NCBI GenBank assembly: GCA_039585915.1
Contig: JBDGUZ010000002.1
Span: 1-44,444 of the forward strand
From: Gemmatimonadota bacterium
GTDB taxonomy: Bacteria; Gemmatimonadota; Gemmatimonadetes; Palauibacterales; Palauibacteraceae
Length of the DNA: 44,444 nucleotides
Reading direction: 5' to 3'
Numbering within the stretch: the first letter of the stretch is position 1; each line of letters begins with the position of its first letter. The notes beneath the pieces were generated by a model. It had not been told where the DNA came from, made no database searches, and saw only the letters and a program-made list of their open reading frames with translations. Positions 26,451 through 34,100 of the stretch are shown one piece after another. The translations under genes were made by a program, and so were the position numbers.

Positions 26451-28364
26451 ATGACGACGAATTCCCCTGTGACGGATACGGCGACTGAAGAGCGTCGCAC
26501 GACGGACGGGGTCGAGGTGTTCCGGGATCATCAGCACACGGTCGAAATCGTGTCGGATTCCGGAGAGGGCGCCCAGAAGTGCGGACAGATCTTCGGCGCG
26601 ATGAGCGCGAAGATGGGAAACGGCGTGTGGACGGTCGAGATCATCCCGGCCGAGATCCAGCCGCCTGCCCGCAGTCCGGCGGGCGCGAGCGGAATCCGCA
26701 TCCGGTTCGGCACCGACGAGATCACGAACTGGGGCAACAGGACGAACGTCTGCGTGGCGTTCAACGAGCAGGTCCTGCGCGCCCGACACGTTCTCGATGC
26801 GCTCGAGGAGGACGCGATTCTCCTGGTTGAGAACATGTGGAAGGACCATCGGGACGAGGACATCAGGGCCGAGTGGGTGACCGCGATGGACGAGCTGTCC
26901 GATAGCGGTTACCGGATCATCGAGGTCCCGATGGAAGAGCAGTGCCTGACGGTCGTGGACAACGCCCGCAAGGGCAAGAACATGTTCGCGCTGGGCCTGC
27001 TGTGCCGGATTTTCGACCGGGATCTGGACCTCGCGCGGGAGCAGATCGCGCACGCCTTCCGGACGAAGTCGGAAGAGGTCTACGAAACCAACGTGAAGCT
27101 GCTCGAACTCGGGTACTCCTGGGCCGCCGAAAACCTGGACTTCAGGGTCGACGTCCCGACGCGCCGCGCCGCCGAGGACATGGTTGTGATGAACGGCAAC
27201 CAGGCGCTCGCGTTCGGCGCCGTGGCCGCGGGCATGGAGCTCGCTGCCATGTACCCGATCACGCCGGCGACGTCGGTGTCACACCAGCTCGGCGAGATGT
27301 TCCACAGCTTCGGGGGGATCGTACACCAGGCGGAAGACGAGATCGCCGCGGCCGGCGTGTCAATCGGCGCCAGTTATTCCGGCAAGGTGGCTTTCACCAT
27401 CACCTCCGGTCCGGGTCTCGCCCTCAAGACCGAGTTCCTGGGTCTCGCGATCATGACGGAGATTCCACTGGTCGTGATCGACGTGCAGCGGGGCGGACCC
27501 TCGACCGGACTCCCGACGAAGGTCGAGCAGTCCGATCTGATTGCCGCGATCTTCGGACAGCCGGGTGACGCGCCACATGTCGTCATGGCGCCTGCGACGA
27601 TCGCGGGGTGCTTCCACTCGATGATCACGGCACGGAGGATCGCCGAGACTTTCCGCACGGTGGTGATCGTGCTGACGGACGCGAATCTCGCTACCGGGGT
27701 ACAGCCGTTCCCCAGGCCGAGTCTGGACCCGGCCTGGATGGGCTCGCGCCCCGACATGAGCCCGGTGCCCGAAGGCAAGCGTCCGTACGAATGGGATCCG
27801 AAAACGGGCCTGTCGCAACGATTCGTGCCCGGACAGCCGGGAGGCATGCACACGCTCACAGGACTGGCGCACGACGAGGAGAGCCACGTCGCCTATGCGT
27901 CCGCCGTCAACCAGCGCGCCTCCGCGATGCGGAGCCGCAAGCTCGCGGTTCTGCAGAGCACGCTGCGGCCTCCGAAGGTGAACGGGCCTGATTCGGGCGA
28001 CCTCCTGGTGGTCGGGTGGGGGTCTACCAAGGGCGCGATCGAGGAGGCGGTCGAGAATATGCGGGCCGAGGGCCTCGCGGTGTCCTCGCTGCATATCCGC
28101 TTTCTGTCGCCGCTCGAGCCGGGCCTGAAGGAGATCTTCCAGCGGTTCCGCAAGGTGATGACGGTGGAGATCAATTACAGCGATGATCCGGGCGACCCGT
28201 TCATTACCGATGAGAACCGCCGCCGCGGTCAGCTCGCCTGGCTTCTCCGGGCGAACACGCTGGTGGACGTGGACTGCTGGACACGTGTGCTGGGCGAGCC
28301 GCTCAGACCGGGCGTAATCGAGGACGTGATTCGAACGCATATGCCGAAGGGGGGTGCCGCGTGA
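26451..28364 (+). CDS. korA: 2-oxoacid (2-oxoglutarate):ferredoxin oxidoreductase, fused gamma-alpha subunit
   Basis: Gamma-like N-terminus (VEIVSDSGEGAQKCGQIFG) and alpha domain (GNQALAFGAVAAGMELAAMYPITPATS, ITSGPGLALK). The 637-aa length fits two-subunit KorAB-type OFORs. The SD-like GAGGAAG lies upstream. Confidence 0.9.
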   Translation: MTTNSPVTDTATEERRTTDGVEVFRDHQHTVEIVSDSGEGAQKCGQIFGAMSAKMGNGVWTVEIIPAEIQPPARSPAGASGIRIRFGTDEITNWGNRTNVCVAFNEQVLRARHVLDALEEDAILLVENMWKDHRDEDIRAEWVTAMDELSDSGYRIIEVPMEEQCLTVVDNARKGKNMFALGLLCRIFDRDLDLAREQIAHAFRTKSEEVYETNVKLLELGYSWAAENLDFRVDVPTRRAAEDMVVMNGNQALAFGAVAAGMELAAMYPITPATSVSHQLGEMFHSFGGIVHQAEDEIAAAGVSIGASYSGKVAFTITSGPGLALKTEFLGLAIMTEIPLVVIDVQRGGPSTGLPTKVEQSDLIAAIFGQPGDAPHVVMAPATIAGCFHSMITARRIAETFRTVVIVLTDANLATGVQPFPRPSLDPAWMGSRPDMSPVPEGKRPYEWDPKTGLSQRFVPGQPGGMHTLTGLAHDEESHVAYASAVNQRASAMRSRKLAVLQSTLRPPKVNGPDSGDLLVVGWGSTKGAIEEAVENMRAEGLAVSSLHIRFLSPLEPGLKEIFQRFRKVMTVEINYSDDPGDPFITDENRRRGQLAWLLRANTLVDVDCWTRVLGEPLRPGVIEDVIRTHMPKGGAA

Positions 28365-29311
28365 GCGCCCATAGCTGCTCTCTGCTGTATCCGGTCGAGG
28401 ATGACCATGAGTACACGATGTCCGACTACGAGGACGTGCAACCGCGGTGGTGTCCCGGGTGCGGCGATCTTTCCGTCCTCACCGCGGCCCAGCGCCTGCT
28501 CGCGGCCGAGCAGTTGAAGCCGGAGGAAACCGTCTTCGTGTCAGGGATCGGATGCTCCAGCCGGTTCCCTCACTACGTCAACTCATATGGGTTCCACGGA
28601 CTTCACGGACGGGCGCTGCCGGTGGCGACCGGGATCAAACTGAATCGGCCGGACCTGCACGTGTTCGTGGTGATGGGAGACGGTGACTGCACCTCCATCG
28701 GCGCGGCGCACTGGTTGCACGCGACGCGGTACAACGTGGACATGGTCGCCCTGATGATGGACAACAACATCTACGGCCTGACTAAGAAACAGACGTCGCC
28801 CACCACGCCGATGGGATACAAGAGCAATACGCAGCCGCTCGGGAGTTACCTCCCGGCGTTGAATCCGATCGAAGCGACGCTCGGAGTATCGAACGCCTCG
28901 TTCGTGGCGCAGACCGCGGAATGGATGCCGGCACACCTCTACGCGACGCTCCAGGCCGCGTATCAGCACAAGGGCTTCGCGTTCGTGCGCATTCTCCAAC
29001 GCTGCCCGGTGTTCACGGGAGATCTGTATAAGGATGCCGTTCGAAACCCGGACATGATCGAGATGCTCGAGCACCCGGACGGCGTCGAGGTGCCCGACTT
29101 ATACCAGATCTACGACAACGTGAACCGACACGATCCCCGGAACATTGACGCGGCGCGCGAGCTTGCAGAGAAGGTCGACCGCATTCGCGTCGGCGTGTTC
29201 TTCAGGGATGAGAGCCGTCCGCGCTACGAGGAGACGAGGCACCTGCCGCTCCACACTACGGACGAGAAGATCGGAATCCTGAACCAAGAGCTCGACAAAT
29301 ATGCCGTCTGA
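28361..29311 (+). CDS. korB: 2-oxoacid:ferredoxin oxidoreductase beta (TPP-binding) subunit
   Basis: RWCPGCGDLSVL, GIGCSSRF and the GDG TPP motif (VVMGDGDCTSIG). There is a 4-nt overlap with korA. Confidence 0.9.
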   Translation: MSAHSCSLLYPVEDDHEYTMSDYEDVQPRWCPGCGDLSVLTAAQRLLAAEQLKPEETVFVSGIGCSSRFPHYVNSYGFHGLHGRALPVATGIKLNRPDLHVFVVMGDGDCTSIGAAHWLHATRYNVDMVALMMDNNIYGLTKKQTSPTTPMGYKSNTQPLGSYLPALNPIEATLGVSNASFVAQTAEWMPAHLYATLQAAYQHKGFAFVRILQRCPVFTGDLYKDAVRNPDMIEMLEHPDGVEVPDLYQIYDNVNRHDPRNIDAARELAEKVDRIRVGVFFRDESRPRYEETRHLPLHTTDEKIGILNQELDKYAV

Positions 29312-30311
29312 CGAACGGACTAGAGACGCGCTCGCCGCCGTGGCGACTGCGCGAGATGACTATCGGTCGGCCCTGGTGGGCACGGCAGACCAACTCCGCG
29401 GGCTCCTGCTGGCGCAGGCCGGCGATGCCGACACCGAACTGGACCGTGCCGCCGCGGAACTCGGAACCTTCGCTGAAGGCCGCATCGACGTGGAGCGGTT
29501 CGCGTCACTGGTCGCCTCGGACGAAGTTCTGGATGAGGCAAGTCGCGGGCACCTGCAGCGCGCTGTCGAGACGCTCGAGTCCCTGGCCGCCGCGGGCGAC
29601 GACGTGTTCGTCGCGCAGGTTCCGGCTGGCGGTGACCTGAGCGAGACCGTCGCTCGCGCGCTCGGCGAGGCGGGCCGCGCCTTCGGGGCCGCGCGCACGG
29701 CTGAGCTCGCCCGCACCGGGCGATTCAAAGCCGACGAACACCGTCGGTGGATCGATCATTTCCCGCCGGTCCAATGGAGTCGGAACGAGCGAGAGATCGC
29801 TCCGCCTCTTGTCGTGCTCCTGCGCGGCGAAGAGTTCCGGGCTGGGGGACTGTCAGACTTTCTCGATGGATCGCAGAAGATCGTGCTGATCGTCGAGGGC
29901 AAGTCGCCGGCGGCGGCACTCGTCCGCTGCCTCACCCCGGGCGTGCACGTGCTACAGACCGATAATCCCGCCTCCCTGGCCGGCATCGACAGGACCGAGG
30001 GCCCGGCGATCGCCGCCCTCGTCCCCTCGGATGCGGCCCGATTCGAGCACCGGCCGGGCAGCGGTGGACCCGCCAGACTCAGGCTCACGGTCGATGCGGT
30101 TCCCGAGGAGGAACCCCGGCGAGCGATCGGCCGGATCAGCGCGTTTCAGCAGGCGGAGGAGCTTCGACAGCTTCGCGCGCTCGCCGGGGCCAGTGGCAGC
30201 ATCGCCAGATCCGCCGGTGATGGGGGCGCCGCGCCGGACGGGACCCCGGCGACCGACGCGGACGTTCTGGCCGCCTGGATCCTCGGTCAGGGCGACCAGG
30301 GAGCCGCATGA
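29301..30311 (+). CDS. Hypothetical Ala/Asp/Glu-rich soluble protein, no recognisable motif
   Basis: High third-position GC and coding-like composition. It has an 11-nt overlap with korB and an ATGA overlap with rnfB. There is one Cys, no TM segment and no cofactor motif. Confidence 0.6.
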   Translation: MPSDERTRDALAAVATARDDYRSALVGTADQLRGLLLAQAGDADTELDRAAAELGTFAEGRIDVERFASLVASDEVLDEASRGHLQRAVETLESLAAAGDDVFVAQVPAGGDLSETVARALGEAGRAFGAARTAELARTGRFKADEHRRWIDHFPPVQWSRNEREIAPPLVVLLRGEEFRAGGLSDFLDGSQKIVLIVEGKSPAAALVRCLTPGVHVLQTDNPASLAGIDRTEGPAIAALVPSDAARFEHRPGSGGPARLRLTVDAVPEEEPRRAIGRISAFQQAEELRQLRALAGASGSIARSAGDGGAAPDGTPATDADVLAAWILGQGDQGAA

Positions 30312-31156
30312 CCGCTCAGGCCATCCTGGGGTCGGTCGCGATTCTCGGCGGAGTCGGGTTGACGTTCGGGACACTCATCGCGCTCGCGAACCGAAAGCTC
30401 CGTGTATGGGAAGACCCGCGCATCGAGTCCGTGACCGACATCCTTCCCGGCGCGAATTGCGGGGCGTGCGGCTACGCGGGCTGCCGTGCGTTCGCCGAGG
30501 CGGCCGTAGAGGGCATCGTGGCGCCCGCCGGATGTACCGTGATGGGCGAGGGTGAGGTAGACGATGTGGCGGCAATGATCGGTGTGGACGCGGGAGAGGC
30601 GGTGAAGAGGGTCGCGCGACTTCTGTGCGCGGGCGGCTCGCAGGTTGCACCGAGGAAAGCGATCTACGACGGCCTCGAGAGTTGTGCCGCCGCTATAGCT
30701 GTGAGCGGAGGTGGGAAGGCCTGTTCGTGGGGCTGTGTCGGCCTGTCGGACTGCGCTGTGTCATGCGATTTCGATGCGATCCGCATGAATGAATTCGATC
30801 TTCCGGAAGTTGATATCGAGCTGTGTACGGCTTGCGGCGACTGCGTTGACGCGTGCCCGTTGGACCTGTTCATACTGATGCCGCTCGATCACAAGCTGAT
30901 CGTTCAGTGCAAGAATCTACTCGAGGGCGATGCCGCCACCGATGTGTGCGCCGTCGCATGTGATGCCTGCGGGCGCTGCGCGGCTGACGCGCCGGATGTC
31001 GTGGAAATCCGGAACGGCCTCGCCGTCGTCGACTATGAAGCAATTGATCGCGCCACGTTAGCGGCGACCGCCCGCTGTCCCACCGGAGCGATCCAGTGGG
31101 TCGAGGGGGCGCAGGAGCTGCGGCTGGAGCCCGTAATGGCAGGGAGCGAGACGTAA
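30308..31156 (+). CDS. rnfB: Rnf complex subunit B (polyferredoxin)
   Basis: N-terminal TM helix, CGACGYAGC motif, and several 4Fe-4S motifs (CTACGDCVDACP, CDACGRC, ARCPTGAI). Confidence 0.9.
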   Translation: MTAQAILGSVAILGGVGLTFGTLIALANRKLRVWEDPRIESVTDILPGANCGACGYAGCRAFAEAAVEGIVAPAGCTVMGEGEVDDVAAMIGVDAGEAVKRVARLLCAGGSQVAPRKAIYDGLESCAAAIAVSGGGKACSWGCVGLSDCAVSCDFDAIRMNEFDLPEVDIELCTACGDCVDACPLDLFILMPLDHKLIVQCKNLLEGDAATDVCAVACDACGRCAADAPDVVEIRNGLAVVDYEAIDRATLAATARCPTGAIQWVEGAQELRLEPVMAGSET

Positions 31157-34100
31157 TGATCAAGCGCAAGGACAAGAAGACGGATACGCCGAAAGCCGAA
31201 GTCCGTTACCCGGGCATCCAGACGGCAATGGACGGCAGCGCCGCTGTTGTCGCGATGGAAACGGCTGGAAGCGAAGCCGCCGGAGCCTATCCGATCACGC
31301 CGTCGACCCAAATGGGCGAGGGGTGGGCCGCGGCGCGGGCTGCCGGGAAGATGAACGTGAACGGGCGCCCGCTCCTGTTCTTCGAGCCCGAGGGCGAGCA
31401 CGCGGCGGCCGGCGTCACTGCCGGGATGAGCATGACAGGGCTCCGGGCGACGAATTTCTCGAGCGGCCAGGGCATCGCCTACATGCACGAGTCGCTGTAC
31501 GCGGCGGTCGGAAAGCGCCTGACCTACGTACTCAACGTCGCCGCTCGCGCGATGACCAAGCATGCGCTGAACGTGCATGCAGGCCACGATGACTATCACG
31601 CGGTCGATGACACCGGGTTCTTCCAGCTGTTCGCCAAGGACGTGCAGGGGATCGCCGACCTCAACCTGATTGCGCACCGGATCGCCGAACTCGCGCTGAA
31701 TCCGGGGCTGGTGGCGCAGGACGGGTTTCTCACGAGCCACGTGATCGAGACGCTGCGGCTGCCGGAACGGGAGCTGATCCGCGAGTATCTCGGTGACCCG
31801 GCCGATATCATCGATTCGCCGACTCCGGCCCAGGTCCTGACGTTCGGCGACACCCGGCGGCGGATTCCCGAGATGTTCGATCTCGACTATCCGGCCCTGC
31901 TCGGTTCCGTGCAGAACCAGGACAGCTACATGCAGGGCGTGGCGGCGCAGCGCCCATTTTACTTCGATCACGTCGAGGCCCTGACGGACCAGGCGATGCG
32001 GGAGTACGAGAAACTCACCGGTCGGAAATACGAACGAGCGACCGGCTACCGCCTGGATGACGCCGAGTGGGTGCTTGCCGGGCAGGGCTCGGTCGTGTCA
32101 AACGCCGAGGCAGTAGCCGACTTCCTGCGGGACGAGCGGGGACTCAAGGTCGGGGTGCTGGACGTGACGATGTTTCGTCCCTTCCCCACCGATCGGATCG
32201 CCGAACTGCTGCGCGGCAAGAAGGGCGTGACCGTGCTCGAGCGCACGGATCAGCCCCTGGCCGTTGACAATCCGCTGCTCAAGGAGGTCCGGGCGGCAAT
32301 GGCGAAGGCCGTCGAGAATGGCCGGGCCAACGGCGGGCGTGCCCCGCACCCCGACATTCCTGCGATCCGCGCCAACGACGTGCCCGAGTTCTACTCGGCC
32401 GGATTTGGCTTCGGGAGCCGTGACCTCCAGCCCGCGGATCTGGTGTTGTCGATCGACAACATGCTGCCGGACGGGGAAGGCCGTCGGTTCTACTACCTCG
32501 GCATCGATTTCGTGCGCGAGGGCACGCACCTGCCGAAGCTCGAGATCTGGCAGGAGAAGCTGCTCGAAGCCTACCCTGACCTCGCCGGAGGGGCGGCCGT
32601 TCCGGAGCAGAACCTCAACCTTCTCCCGAAGAACTCCATCGCGATCCGCATCCATTCCGTCGGTGGCTGGGGCGCGATCACGATGGGCAAGAACATCGTG
32701 CTCACGTCGCACGAACTGGCCGGCTACCACGTCAAGGCCAATCCCAAGTACGGCTCCGAGAAGAAGGGACAGCCCACGACGTTCTACGGAATTCTGTCTC
32801 CCGAGCCGGTCCGTCTGAACGGCGAGTTGAAGAACGTCGACATCGTTCTGTCTCCGGATCCGAATGTGTTCCGAAATTCGAGCCCGCTCGCGGGAATGGA
32901 GCCGGGTGGCGTGTTCGTGATCCAGAGCGAGCGGAGCGCCGAGGAGCTGTGGGCTTCCTTCCCGCCGGCCGCGCGCCAGATGATCCGGGAGAACGACATC
33001 AAGGTATTTGCCCTCGACGCGTTCAAGATCGCGTCCGAGGAGGCGTCCGACGCGGAACTCAGATACCGGATGCAGGGCACGGCGTTTCTTGGCGCGTTCT
33101 TCCGGGTGTCTCCCGTGATGGAGCGCGAGGGGCTCGACGAGGAAGCGCTGTTCGCTGGAATCCGGGCACAGATCGAGAAGAAGTTCGGCCATCTCGGCGA
33201 ACGGGTCGTCGAAGACAACGTCCGCGTGATCCGCCGAGGGTTCGACGAGCTGTTCGAAGTCGAGGTTCCGGATGAGGCGGTCGTCGGCAGCGAAGTGATG
33301 GCCGAAGCGGCCGTAGGTACGATTCCGACCCTGCTGGACAACCCGAACCAGATGCCCGGGATCGGGAACCAGGGCCGGTTCTGGGAGCAGGTGTGCTCGC
33401 TGTGCGGAATCGACCAGGATGTGATCGCCGATCCGTTCGCCGCGATCAGCGCGATCCCGGCCGCTACGAGCACGGTGCGAGACATGTCGGACATCCGGTT
33501 CGAAGTGCCGGATTTTGTTGCCTCGAAGTGCACGGGCTGCTCGCAGTGCTGGACGCAGTGCCCCGATGCAGCGATTCCAGGCGTCGTGAACTCGGTCGAA
33601 GACGTGATCACCACGGCTATCCGTACAGCCCAGAACGGAGAGTCGCTCGATCGCATTCAATCGGTGTCGGGCAATCTCGCCCGCGAGGCGCGAAAAGTAC
33701 TGAAGGCAGTTCCCTTCACGACGTTCGGCGAGACGGTCTCCACGGCCTACAAGAACATGGCCGAGAAGCTGCCGTGGGATGCGGAACGCAAGAAGGCGCT
33801 GGACGAGGAGTTCTCGGCCGTGTACTCGGTTCTGGCCGACTTTCCGCTCGCAAAGACCGTCCCGTTCTTCGATGTACCGGAAGGCAAGGAGAAAGGCGCC
33901 GGGGGTCTGCTCTCGATTACCGTGAACCCCGAGGCCTGCAAGGGCTGCAACATCTGCGTGGACGTGTGCGCGGATGGGGCCCTGGTCACCGCCCACCAGA
34001 CCGACGATCTGCTCGACCAGCTGCGCCGTAACTGGGTCACGTGGGAAAACCTGCCAGACACCGCCGACCGGTTCATCAACATTCGGAGCATCGAAGAAGG

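Noticed and set aside
31096-31155. Upstream extension of the PFOR ORF (track start 31096, 1723 aa).
   Set aside because: The extension lies entirely inside rnfB and reads as an Arg/Gly/Ala-rich stretch. ATG at 31156 overlaps the rnfB stop (TAATG) and is followed by MIKRKDKK..., leading into the conserved PFOR N-terminus.
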